From the NCBI GenBank assembly GCA_903813345.2, contig CAIIXF020000001.1, forward strand, positions 33,852,001-33,916,000: 64,000 nucleotides of DNA, read 5' to 3'. Origin of the DNA: Owenia fusiformis. Lineage: Eukaryota. How positions within the stretch are numbered: position 1 is the stretch's first letter; every line of letters begins with the position of its first letter. The translations under genes were made by a program, and so were the position numbers. Below the pieces are notes generated by a model. That model did not search any database and was not told where the DNA came from. It was given only the letters and a program-made list of their open reading frames with translations. Positions 14,531 through 26,659 of this stretch are shown here, piece by piece.

Positions 14531-15559
14531 ATATTTCCAAAACGCTGAAAAACTAGACACCAATGATTTCAGAATCAATGTATAATAATAAACCACAAAT
14601 AACCTATATGAAGAGAAATTTGCTACTTTTCAAAACCACTTTTACACCACGCTCATCCAGTAAAAGCTTTATTCGTAAAAATTGCAGGCCACCCACTAAT
14701 AATCAAATTAATCGACAGATAAGCCTATTACTTCATCAAAATTAGCACGATATACATGATAACATATGTGGGTTACTAAAATTATACATTTAGGGAAAAA
14801 TTTATCAAGATTTGAAGGACAAAATAGATACGGAAACAACTACGCACAGAAAGTCTTAGTTTACGTACTTTCGGTATTGCTGTCGGTTAGACAAACGTAT
14901 TGAGTACACTTTTTCTCCAACGATACGTTACGGAGTTTGATACGGGTAGCTAAAACGTTGTGAGAAACATGTACGCTGTAATTATTGCGATACCATTCCA
15001 TACAGTGTAAAGTGAATTGAGCATTCCATTTGAAAAACTCGAATTATGTCAAACAATAAACAAATTCATTCACCAAATTTAAGTCAAATTATACACAACA
15101 CACTGTGCTTGTTCATATAGTGATACCTTTAGAACTAAAATCAATGTAATCGAAGGATAAAATGGGATACGAAAATGAGCAACGTAGAAAAGCCTCAATT
15201 TTCGTATTTTCCGTATTGCTTCACGTATAAATTGAACTGACTACGCATAAATCTGGTAAATACGTTACGGCTACGGATCCGTTGAGCTAAAAATCGTTTT
15301 GCGAAACCTCTCTAATATGTGTGAAAACCACAAATTAAAAGAGCTTAAATAAGTAGCAATTGACGGAATAATTTTTTTTGGATTAAACTATTTGGACGTG
15401 TCCAAAAATATCCCTTCTCCATCGTTAATTCCACTTTCTACATTTACAGTCATTTATGGAAATTTTAAGATAAAGATAGTTAAAATATAAACAGTAGTGA
15501 ATATTATTCCACGTTGTTGAATGGATTAAAGTCTGTTTGAACTTAATGAAATAATTCAT

Positions 15560-16240
15560 CTGATTTTTCCGTCCGTCCGCACGTACGTCCATCCGTTCAT
15601 CTGTCCGGGCAATAACTCAAATGCCGTTGGCCCGATTTTGTTCATATTTTGTACACATATACCTTATGGGGGTAGAAGTTCTGCTCCACTCATGTAAAAA
15701 TGGCGGCCATTTTAGTGCTGATTTTACAGTAATTTAGGTACAATATGTAAAACTGTAATAGCATAGTTTTAAATGTAAAAAAATTATATAGGACATTAAT
15801 AAAGCTAGAAATGTACGTATTAAAGAAGCACATGGCAGCCATCTTGAAAAATGCCGGCCTTTACTCGCTATTTATATGCTTTAACTCAAAAAGAGGGAGA
15901 GCGATTTTGTTCATATTTGGTATGTGAATACTATAAGCATGGCACACTGTCTAATAACACTTTTGGTAGAAAACGGCCATTTTGAAAAATAGCCGTCATT
16001 TAAACGTATTTTACTTTAACTCGAAAAGTAGTGGAGCGATTTTGTTCATATTTGGTATATGAATACTATAAGCATGGCACACTGTCTGAGGACACTTTGG
16101 TAGAAGGCGGCCATTTTGAAAAATGGCCGCCTTTTTAACGTATTTTACTATAACTCGAAAAGTACTGAAGCGATTTTGTTAATATTTGGTATGTGAAAAC
16201 TATAAGCATGGCACACTGTCTAATGACACTTTTGGTATAT
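15560..16240 (-). mobile_element. Helentron-like element with internal ~120-bp tandem repeats
   Basis: (GTCC)n tract, then repeats of GATTTTGTTCATATTTGGTATGTGAATACTATAAGCATGGCACACTGTC; inverted homologue at 54740-55342. Confidence 0.7.
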
Positions 16241-16680
16241 ACTTTGTTTGTAAAAATGCCAGCCATGGCTGTTCGATGGGATTTGCTACGCTTTGGCGTT
16301 GCTGTTGTCTAGTTAATTGGAAACATAACAGTATAATCTTTGGATTTACAAATTTGTATGGGATTTCATAAGTGTAAATGTTGCTTTTGAAGTATTTTTC
16401 TATAGCCATTGTGTAGGAAAAAATGTATAATCTTTTAATTTGAAGTATGACCTGAATCGATTGCAAACTTTATATTTGCACATCTGATGTGATATACCAT
16501 TTGTGTCATATTGTGAAATTATTTAATTTGCAATCGATTCAGGTCATAGTGTATTTTAGGTATTTTTGGGTTATATATATTTTACAAGTGGATCCAAGAG
16601 ACCAAGTGGGCAAGTCCATTATTTTGCAGGGGTGGCAGGATATACATGTATCAATTTTCACATATTCACATTGTCCTATT

Positions 16681-19600
16681 CATACCTGCCAACCTAAGAC
16701 CAAAAATTTGCGGTAGTTATTTTTTAATTGTGGTATTTTTGTGGTAGATTTTTTTAAAATGCAGTAGTTTTTGCAGTATTTTTTGACAAAAATGCGGTAG
16801 TTTACGGTAGATTTTGAAAAAAATCGGTAGTTTTTGCGGTAGATTTTTGAAAAAACTACTTTTTTGGAAGTTTTTGAAAATGTGGTTGTTTTACGGTAGA
16901 TTTTGCAAAATGTGGTAGTTTTACGGTAGATTTTTGAAAAACAGTAGTTTTGCGGAAGAGTTTGTAAAATGCGGTAGTTTTACTGTAGATTAAAAAAATG
17001 CAGTAGTTTTTGCGGGACATTTTGAATAAATACGGTAGTTTTTGCGGTAGTTTTTGTCACACTTCAATGAATAAATAATAAAATATGTTTTTCTAACACA
17101 GCATTCTGTTTATGAACTCTTTCATAAACAGACTAACAATTTGAACACTTCAGTGATTTTATAGCTACATTAGAACATGTCGTAGTTGAACACTGTGTAT
17201 TTGCATCACGATACTCCCCAGTGTGTTGACTGATTACACGCCAGCTTACTTAGTTTCTTACTAAGCACACAATAACCACTGTCACAGACCTGCCGAGACC
17301 CTATTTATTTTCGGGTTGGTAATGGAATATTACAAGGGCAATGCGGGAAGACTTCAATTTTTCAGAATTTCCAAATAATAATGTTTGACTTATACTTTAA
17401 GTAGGCTATAAGTCGGGTTTATGATTGACAACAGTATCCACCCCTCAAGGCATATATCATGTGCAACGAACCGGTTGGCTAATTCTTATGTTATTGTAAC
17501 ACGTAACCATTGCTTGATTCATTTTAAGGTGCGCTTTGCGATAGCAACATCCCAAAGTCACCTTGTTAAACAAGTTATTACTTTATTTGAGAAACATACT
17601 TACAAACATGCCTAAAACAAGACAAAGAAAATCATATACGAAAAAGGAAGATCCAAAACAAAAACCTTCAAAGGATAAAGGGACTCTTAATCAGTTGAGG
17701 GAATAACTTCAGAAACATGGCATTAATGCGCCAGAGACTTTCCAAAGACAAGCTCTCATACAACTGCTTAAGAGTAATGCAGATGTGAACTGAAGGAGTC
17801 GCACTTCCTCGCCAAAATATTAACGGGGAGTCTCTCGCAGATGACCAACAAAGCTGTATAGAGGATATTCTCGATAATACAAGGTTGCCCACAGAAAAGC
17901 AAAGACACAACACATCCTTTCGTAGTCGTGGCGTACCCATGGAAAGCATACCAGTGGTAGACGTCTTAGCAGCCAGCACGAGAAGGAATATACTCGAGAT
18001 GAAAGCAGGCTAAAGAAACACTGTTTGAGGCCATATTTATTCTAACCATGACACCAATGTCACCACGTGAGATATGATGACAGGCCCTCCAGCAAAGAAA
18101 TAACTTTAAACTCGGGTAATGTTATTCTAGCATGTCGACAATCTTTACGCACTATCGTGAACTTGGTCTAAATACGCCATACTCAATGTTATATTTTACT
18201 ATAATTATGATCTAAAGTGTAGATATTCATGGATTTTCAGAATTTGCATTTGGTCCCCGTATGAGTCTATGTGAATAGTACGTGCATCTATTATAAATAA
18301 ATAATTGTGAAGAACATGATCGAGATCCGATACTTATAATTATGTACTCATATTCAGATACACACAACCATCAGCTTATATGGGCCGGAGTCTTTCAGTC
18401 ACATAGCATCAATTTGAATATCCTTTGTAACATTCGTTCAACTTCACTTCTTAAAAGAGACTTTCTTTAGTTTATAATGAACCAAATGAACGATATGCCG
18501 TTTTGATTACATTAACGGGACAACAAGGTCTATGAAGAGAGATTTTTCTTTACTTTTTGAGCTAGCAGGGCAACGAACGTTTGGCTTAACATCTTCTTCG
18601 AGATACCTTTTTTCTTAAATTAATGGTTCAGCTGTCATTTTCAGCATTAGGGAGTATAACTTCAGTTCAGGGCTTCTATAAAAGAAGTCCTACCTATAGA
18701 TTTAAACACCTTCCACGTTTCAAGAGGGAAATCAGCTGAAATAATGTTCATCCAGGGTTTTCTTCGGGATGATGAAAGTATATGTTAGTCTTCATAAAAT
18801 ATCCAAACTTGAATAGCTTTCGATACTGGTCCATGATCGTTCAGCATTAATTCTTGTACTTTTAAGTTTTTATCGTATTTATAATAATTGGCTTCTTCAT
18901 GGAACGTATATAAACAGCTCTTGCGATCGACAATTCACATTTTTATACTCTCTAACTTACGATTTTCAGAGGTTGTTTGTAAGATTTGTATACTGCTTGG
19001 TGATTTATGTTACAGAATTCCTCAAGACAATCCTCGGAAGTCTATCGGAGAGCGGCCAGCGTAATAGTCATCTACGTAATCCAATCACAACATTGGACAT
19101 TTCAATTATATTAAATCCCCACATGCTTCTCTTCATTGGACTTACTCAGTGCGCATGGGGTCTGAGTTGACCCCCCTATTTTTCTGTAATACACTTCTAC
19201 AGTTTTTAACAGGGTTGGGTCACCGGATTAGAAGCATTTGCGCAATGGCACCTTTGTACAAGAACAGTTAAAAGGATTCGACCCTACTATTAACTGTGCC
19301 CCTCTGGCGTTTCGATGAAAGCCCATACCTTGGATTTATCCGTTGCTCAACACAAAGCAGGCAGATTAAAGTTTATTAGTGGCTACAAAAGCAGCATAAA
19401 CAACTAGTGGACACCCTAAGAAAGGACCCATATGCAACCATCATCGTGAAAACAGCGTATACCCTCGCCTTCCTCCGAGTTTCACTAGTACTACTCAAAC
19501 AGACTATAAGGGCACACGTTTTACTAACAATCTCAAATACATTTAGCTTTAATAAGCATTGACCATCATTATTATAATGGGCATTTTTTCCAAGTATTCA

Positions 19601-22084
19601 AGCTGCTACCGCACGAATAGGGGACCATCTCATTCAAAACTCGGAGTTCAGAGGTCTAGCGCCAGACATAGCGAAATAACCAACATCGGTTAGAAATAGT
19701 CTGACGTTATCACAGAGGGTTAATGATCTTTTGGAGAGTAGAAAAGAGAAGTTCCATCAACTAGTTCCCTGGGCCAAGGAGGAGCCACTGCCTTGCCCGG
19801 ATCCCTTGGCAGTAATCTGGCAGTAAATTCTGTTCTGGATCTATTGTAAGATTGTTCTATTAACAGCAGTACAAAAACATTGTATCAGTAAGGATTTAAT
19901 TCGTATACCGATTTCCTACAATCTCACAGTGTAGGTTGGCCAAAACTCGACACACCGCCAATCTCCGAGGAAATTATGCTTCGATTAGTGTCGCACTTAC
20001 ATATAAAGGGGCTAAAACATTCGACCATAAGACTTTATTTATCTTGAATAAAGTATTTCTACATGAAATCGGGTATCGCCAATCCATTCCATACATCAGA
20101 GGTTTTACTTCTTCCGCACCTGTAGTCAATCTCGAACTCAAGAAGTTCCAGACCCATTGGCCGTACTCTGGAGCTGCATCGCCATTTGCGCCATCTATTA
20201 TCAAGTGCGATTGGTGACAGAACAAAGGCAGCGTACGTCAGTGGCTTCAATGCCTTTAAATGGTATGGCTAACAACAACGTCCTACTCTCGATAAACATT
20301 CTACCTGAAATCAACGAGGAAACCCTGCTATACTTCGTATGTCACTATAATCTCAATTTAGGACTAACATTTTGCGACTATCAAACTGTACTTGTCTGGG
20401 GGACATAAATTGGGAAAATCAAAGCGGTCATTAACGTGCCAGAATCAAAAACGGACATGTTTAGAAGAGGTGTTTTACCAGACGCTTCATTCTTCCTGTC
20501 TCAGAACGGCGAAGCACTTTCGAGAACGGTTTTCATAGCAAAGATGAGACACGATATAGCCTCAACGGGACGCGACCCTAAGCTCATTTCGAATAGGTGC
20601 CTCTACTCAATCGTCAAAGGGGCGCCTAGAAGATCACTGGAAAGGAGACCCCTACAGACGCTACATTAGGACATTTACATTCCGTAGACAACTTAACGGA
20701 ACAGTGCGTGGGAATAACAGGTTTATAAACTCGATTACATTTTTGCATGATTCTCATTTTAAGTAGATGCGAAGATACATTCTGCACATACCTTGGAAGA
20801 GTATGTTCTTTGAACAACCTTTGTGAATCAGATTGTCATATCATTGTGCATCAATGCGTAAGGTTTCGTGCTTGTTACACTCTCATGTTTTGGAAATTAA
20901 AATAGATAATGTAAATACGTAACCACAATACCACAGATGGTATCATTTTCTTCTTTTAAAATCATGTATTTAAATTGTGTATCGAAGCGAGTGGAAAGCT
21001 TCGAAACTTGATGTAATTTCCACATATCTGCTTTATTTCATGTAAGGGGATAATTATGTGCTTCAACGTAGGTATTCGTCTTTCTCTTTATTGGGGTTCC
21101 CATAGGCGATCCTCTATCACCAAGTTGTTACCGTCACGCCTATGGTTTGGCCATTTATCTTAAGAGATAGGCCTATTGGCCGATATTTAGGTTTAGATCA
21201 GTACAAGACATGTTTGTTTGCCGATTGTGCATCTTGTGATTATCATCATTTCACTATTCAAAGATGTACATGGGTTCCAACAATGCATTGGTGCGTTCCC
21301 AATATTCAGGGATCACAGCGCAGCTCTGCCAACGATGCAGCTCACGTTTGCCTTTGGCTTCGGCTGCCAACGATGCAGCCCACGTTTGCTGCCAACGATG
21401 TAGCTTTCGTGTGCCTTCGGCTTCCGTTCAATGTGTTATTGGAGGTAGACTTGCATACTTGTACTCCCCGACCACAAGTACACATATGCAGTTGGTCGCT
21501 TCAATTCTCCAATCTGGCTTGTACCCAAGACTTCGTCCATCATATCAAGCGACACGTCGCGGGATCACACAAGCTCTCAATCAAGTAATCCAATCAACCA
21601 AAAATTCAATCAATCAATCAATCAATCAATCAAAAGAACATATATGAATTTGAAATCAAGATAGATAGCTTGGTGAGGTGGATCGCCCTAACTACTGTTT
21701 ATTATTAATGTATAATCACATGACTTTCTTTCAGGGAACCCCAAGCCAAACTTGAGTAAATAAATGTAATATAATTTAATTCCTGTGTTGTTGTGAATCA
21801 TAAACGGTAGATTTTACGGTAGTTTGAACAAAAATACTGTTAATTTCAGCAGAAATAAGGTAGATTTCCAAATACTTACGGTATATTTTACGGCCGTTCT
21901 TATAGAAAAAAATCGAATTATAATAATGTATTTCACGGTAGATTTCGGTAAAAATACGGTAGATTTTTTACGGATGTTTTACGGGAAAAAATGTTAAATT
22001 TTTTACGTTAGTTTGTCATTTTTACGGAAAAACGAAAAATTTACGGTAGATTCCCTTAAAAATACGGTAAGGATGGCAGGTATG
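16681..22084. mobile_element. CATACCTGCCA-ended DNA transposon ends with CGGTAG subrepeats, enclosing ~4.7 kb of other DNA
   Basis: CATACCTGCCAAC at 16681 and GATGGCAGGTATG ending 22084; (T)nGCGGTAG/(T)nACGGTAG arrays at 16700-17050 and 21800-22070. No TSD seen. Confidence 0.5.
19900..20680 (+). pseudogene. Decayed DIRS/Ngaro-type retroelement: RNase H tail plus frameshifted tyrosine recombinase
   Basis: Across frameshifts: 'SAIGDRTKAAYVSGFNAF', 'EETLLYFVCH..ATIKLYLSG', 'PESKTDMFRRGV', 'FRIGAST', 'PYRRYIRT', which are YR SAM-like and catalytic motifs. Confidence 0.8.
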
Positions 22085-22539
22085 TGATTGGAGGCAGTTT
22101 TGATCAATTTTGCAAAGGGTTACTTAATTCTCATCCGTCTCAACAAAACAGGAATATCCCAGAATTCGATACAGTCATACTTCTCTTATGTAAACTATAT
22201 CATTGATTGGCCAAGGGTTCATCTATAATCCTGGGAAATGACCTCTTCTGGAAGTAAAGCGTGGGAACATCGGATATGACCAGTTCCCATGCCAGTGTGT
22301 CACCTGTCATTTCCCTTGAATGATGTACACTTTCCTCCAAAAGATTGGAAACAATTGTAGAACAGTAAAACCTGTATATTTGAACACTTGGCTAATCCGA
22401 ACACTTGGCTAATCCGAACACTTCCTAATTTGAACATTTTTTGGTCCCTTTTTTCTCCGTATTCCATGTTCTTACAAAACACATCTAAATCGTTTGAAAA
22501 AACACGTCCCGAGTAATTTCCATTGTTAAGACTTGAGCA

Positions 22540-23570
22540 CAGTGAATAACTCAAATTTTGGATGGATTTGGTTCAAATTTTATATGCTGTTGCCTGGGTA
22601 CAAAGGAGCCTTGCCCAAGAAGACATTTTCAAGATGGCCACCATATTACAAAATGGCGGCCATTTTTTGTATAAAACGTTATTTGTGATAACTCAAATCA
22701 AAAAAATACTGGTAGACGGATTTTATTCAAACTTTATTAGCTTATGCCTTATGGGTGTAGGATCTCTGCTCGAGAAAGACATTTTCAAGATGGCCACCAT
22801 ATTTCAAAATGGTGGCCATCTTTGATAACTCAAATACCATTTAATGGATATTTGGTTCAGATTTTACATGCTGATGCCTAGAGACATAAGAACTCTGCTT
22901 GAGAAGGGATTTTCAAGATGGCAGCTAAATTTCAAAATGGCTGCGATTTTTCATGAAAGAATGTAACCTTTGATAACTCAAATACCCGTTGACGTATTTG
23001 GTTCAAATTCTATATGCTGATGCCTAGAGACATAGAAGTTCTGCTCAAGAAGACATTTTCAAGATGGACACTGCATTTCAAAATGGCCGCCATTTTTCGT
23101 AAAAAAACGTAATCATTGATAACTCAAATACCAGTGGATGGATTTGGTTCCAATTTTATATGCTGATGTTTAGGGAAAAGGAGATCTGCTTCAGAAGAAA
23201 TGTCAAAGGTGTCGGCTGAATTTCAAAATGGCTGCTATTTTTCATAAAAATTGTAATCTTTGATAACTCAAATATCATTGGACGGATTTACTTTAAATTT
23301 TATATACTGATGCCTAGGGATAAAGAAGCTCTGCTTGAGAAGAAATTTTCATGGTGGCTGCTATTTATCGAAATCTCCACCATTTTTCATTAAACATGTA
23401 ATCCTTGATAACTCAAGTACCAGTTTACAGATTTGGATTAAATTGTATATGCTGATGCCTTGGGACATAGGAGCTCTGGTTAAGGAGAAATCTAAAGATG
23501 ACAGCTGAATTTCAAAATGGCAACCATGTTTCATGAAAACATAATCTTTGATAATTCAAATACCAGTAGA
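22540..23570. repeat. Tandem array, ~120-bp unit, ~8 copies (Helentron-like internal repeat)
   Basis: GATAACTCAAATACC..GATTTGGTTCAAATTTTATATGCTGATGCC..TTTCAAGATGG repeats; the same unit occurs at 33340-33500. Confidence 0.9.
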
Positions 23571-23672
23571 TTTTTATGGCCGCTATTTATTAAAACATGT
23601 TTTGTTCATTGGGGTTTGCTAGTCTGTGAAATTGCTGTTTTTCTAGTAATTCTGTGTTAAAGTAAATTTTAG

Positions 23673-23683
23673 GTGTTAGCTAC
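23673..23683 (+). CDS. PDE4: 5' 11 nt of the PDE4-type 123-nt exon (V-L-A-T), upstream of the transposon insertion
   Basis: Acceptor TTTTAG|GTG TTA GCT AC; joined to 25582-25693 it gives exactly 123 nt / 41 codons. Confidence 0.9.
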
Positions 23684-25572
23684 GGAATGTACTAAAAACC
23701 CTTCGACCCTTCGACCCTACGACCTACGACTTACAGGGTGTCAAGAATTTTTGGAATATATTTTTATAAAAACCCTTCGACCTTCTATTTTCTATCTTTC
23801 TTTCTGTCCGATCAACAATAAGTACAGTTATACAAGAAATGTAAACGAAGTGAAAATATTCCCCAAAATTTTCCGAAAGTCATATCCGGAAGTTATGATA
23901 CGTTATATTACCGAACATGCGTGAAAATGGAACGTTTGTTCGTTCATTTTACGAGAGCTAAATAAAAAACGAACATCCAAGCATCAGGTATGACTCCACC
24001 ATTGTTTGGCGTTTTACTACTTGCCACAATCAACCTCACTGCCAGGATATCAAACAAGGCCCATTTTCCATCAAACTTGGCCCAACTACTATCAGGCGGA
24101 TGTCCTTGAAAAATCAAGTTGACATGGTTACCAAAACCTAATAGTTGCCATGGCAACCATAGAAATGGGCTAAAAAAAGAGAGCAAAAAAGCACCCAAAC
24201 CCACCATAATGGCACTAATTTATAAAATATTTCTAGATATACAAATTTTCTTAAACTTTGATATCATCTAGAACACTTGTCAAAAAATTTGGGGGTAGGT
24301 TTACCACTTCGATTTTTTTCTAGGCTTGGTCAAAGTAAAACTACGAAAAAGCACTAATTTTACTTTTGAATCACCTATTATCGCCCAAATGGCTATTATA
24401 TTTTTTCAAGGTCAAGGTCGCCATGCTAAAAGTTAAATTACGGAGACAAATCTGCTCTTCAGACCGAATGTTTGATAGCTTTTCTTCACCACAAAACAAA
24501 GATCTTTGCGCTGGTATGCCAATTTCCATGAGATAATGTACGGGAAGGAGGAACTGTGTCTTTAAATGTCATCAAAACGTGAAAAGGCCATTTTCGCACT
24601 ACTTTTGGTCTAATAATGCCATCGAACAAACATTCCAATTCACCCATGTTCGGTAATATAAGGTGTTATTACGGTAAATACCACTTCCGGGTGTTTTTTA
24701 AAACTTTAAAACCACAAGTTTTTAAATATTTTTGGGAGTGGTGACTTAGACAATGTCTTGAGACATCACCTGTATTAAACACGCACATGTCATGCAATCT
24801 GTGTTTATGGTGAGAGGTCTCGGTCGGGGGGCCTGGCAGACAAGGTCTAGTAGCTAAGCTTCCCCTAACCAACGTCAGTACTCATGTGACGGGTAGTGTA
24901 TATTTGGTAGATCCTAGGGTAATGACATTGGTGTGTTATTCCCTATCTTCATTCACGTAGAGAGAAGCCGAAACACTATGTTCACAGCTAAATAGCCTTA
25001 AATTTTAAGGCTCTTTAGCATTTTGGCTAAAGAGCCTTAAATTTTAAGGTACTCCAGACACTTCGTTTTTAAATGGACTACCTTTTGGCGGATGGATATG
25101 GAACTTCATATCAGAACTTGAATTTTGTGATTTTTTTCAATATTTTTCAATGATTTACCGTAGTGACACCCTAACGTATCATAACTTCCGGAATGGCATG
25201 CCTTTCGGAAAATTTTTGGGAATATTTTCACTTCATTTACATTTCTTGTATAACTGTACTTATTGTTGATCGGACTGATGTAGTTACACTAGAGTTCGTT
25301 TACTACCATTTGGAAGGCACGTGAGGGTCCCATTCATCAGGTAACACTCATATGTCGAAGTTATGTTCTTGCTATTTTTAACAGTTAACAAGCTGTAGGT
25401 AGATTAAATCCTACAGGGAGCTCAAGTTGGAACTATACGTAATCATTTAGTAAACTGGACTTGGAAATCAGAGGTCGAAGGGTTTTTCAATAAAATATAT
25501 TCCAAAAATTCTTGACACCCAGTAAGTCGTAGGGTCGAAGGGTCGTAGGTCGAAGGGTTTTTAGTACATTCC
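23684..25572. mobile_element. Non-autonomous Mutator-like (MULE) DNA transposon, 1,889 bp, inserted in a coding exon
   Basis: 9-bp TSD GTTAGCTAC (23675-23683, 25573-25581); TIR GGAATGTACTAAAAACCCTTCGACC of ~100 bp (23684-23783 vs 25472-25572); second inverted block ~23805-23905 vs ~25175-25275; no transposase ORF. Confidence 0.9.
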
Positions 25573-25581
25573 GTTAGCTAC

Positions 25582-25693
25582 TGACATGTCAAAGCATATG
25601 AGCTTACTCGCAGACCTGAAGACAATGGTTGAAACTAAAAAAGTGGCTGGATCTGGGGTACTGCTCCTTGATAACTACACAGATAGGATACAG
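25582..25693 (+). CDS. PDE4: 3' part of a PDE4/dunce-type cAMP phosphodiesterase catalytic exon
   Basis: Translates (LAT)[37 protein letters not shown], near-identical to PDE4/dunce; donor CAG|GTAGGT. Confidence 0.95.
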
Positions 25694-25784
25694 GTAGGTC
25701 CAAAATAATGATTAACAAGTTTTGCAATACAAGTGCACAAGGCTTTTTCATGACAATTTACACAGTTGCAGTTTACACTTGCTG

Positions 25785-26205
25785 CTCAACTCAACCCCAC
25801 GTCAACTCACCCTTAGTCAACTTGACCCCAAGTCAAGTCTACCCTTAGTCAAATTCACCCCAAGTCATCTCAACCCTTAGTCAACTCAACCCCAAGTCAT
25901 CTCAACCCTTGGTCAACTCAACCCCAAGTCATCTCAACCCTTGGTCAACTCAACCCTTAGTCAACTCGACCCCAAGTCAAGTCAACCCTTAGTCGAATTG
26001 ACCCCAAGTCATCTCAATCCTTAGTCAACTCGACCCAAAGTCATCTCAACCCTTGGTCAACTCAATCCCAAGTCATCTCAACCCTTGGTCAACTCAACTC
26101 TTAGTCAATTCAACCCAAAGTCAAGTCAATCCTTAGTCATCTCAACCCTTAGTCAACTCGACCCAAAGTCATCTCAACCCTTGGTCAACTCAACCTTTAG
26201 TCAAC
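25785..26205. repeat. Minisatellite, ~16-bp unit (TCAACTCAACCCTTAG / TCAACTCGACCCCAAG)
   Basis: More than 20 tandem variants read directly. Confidence 0.9.
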
Positions 26206-26659
26206 ATCATCAAACTACATCACATTTGTTTGTTTTCCTCACTTTCCCGACATTGTAAGTACTTGCATTCTAATACTCATAGCATCTCTCTGTTTCACAT
26301 GAAACATGCTCTGAGATTATGAGGCATGTTCTGTGATCTGAGCACATCAGATGGGAAGAGTTATAATTGTCAATTTCGTTCGGTTTTTTGTGTAGCAAGA
26401 AGGAAAAAATATTCTACCATGAAAAATCATCTAAATTAGAAAAAGACATAGGAATTAGCCTTAACTACACTATTTGTGAAGCAGCATTGTATGTATAAGA
26501 TATTGAAATAACGATTGAGTAACAATAATTGGATAAAATACAGTGCAAGTCTCAAAATTCGATAAAATAATGGCGAGAGACCAAGTGGACGAGTCCAGCG
26601 AGTTCCCACCGAGTGATTACAGTAGCATATAATTGAATCAGTATTAATAAAGGGTTTCT

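Noticed and set aside
17690..18170. Coding-like + strand stretch
   Set aside because: Multiple stops and no motif I can identify.
21142..21647. Three overlapping ORFs of 61-148 aa
   Set aside because: They lie in the GC-richer repetitive 3' region of the DIRS relic; no recognisable domain.
23673..23924. 83-aa ORF MLATECTKNP.. as a gene
   Set aside because: It is the PDE4 exon start reading through into the inserted transposon.
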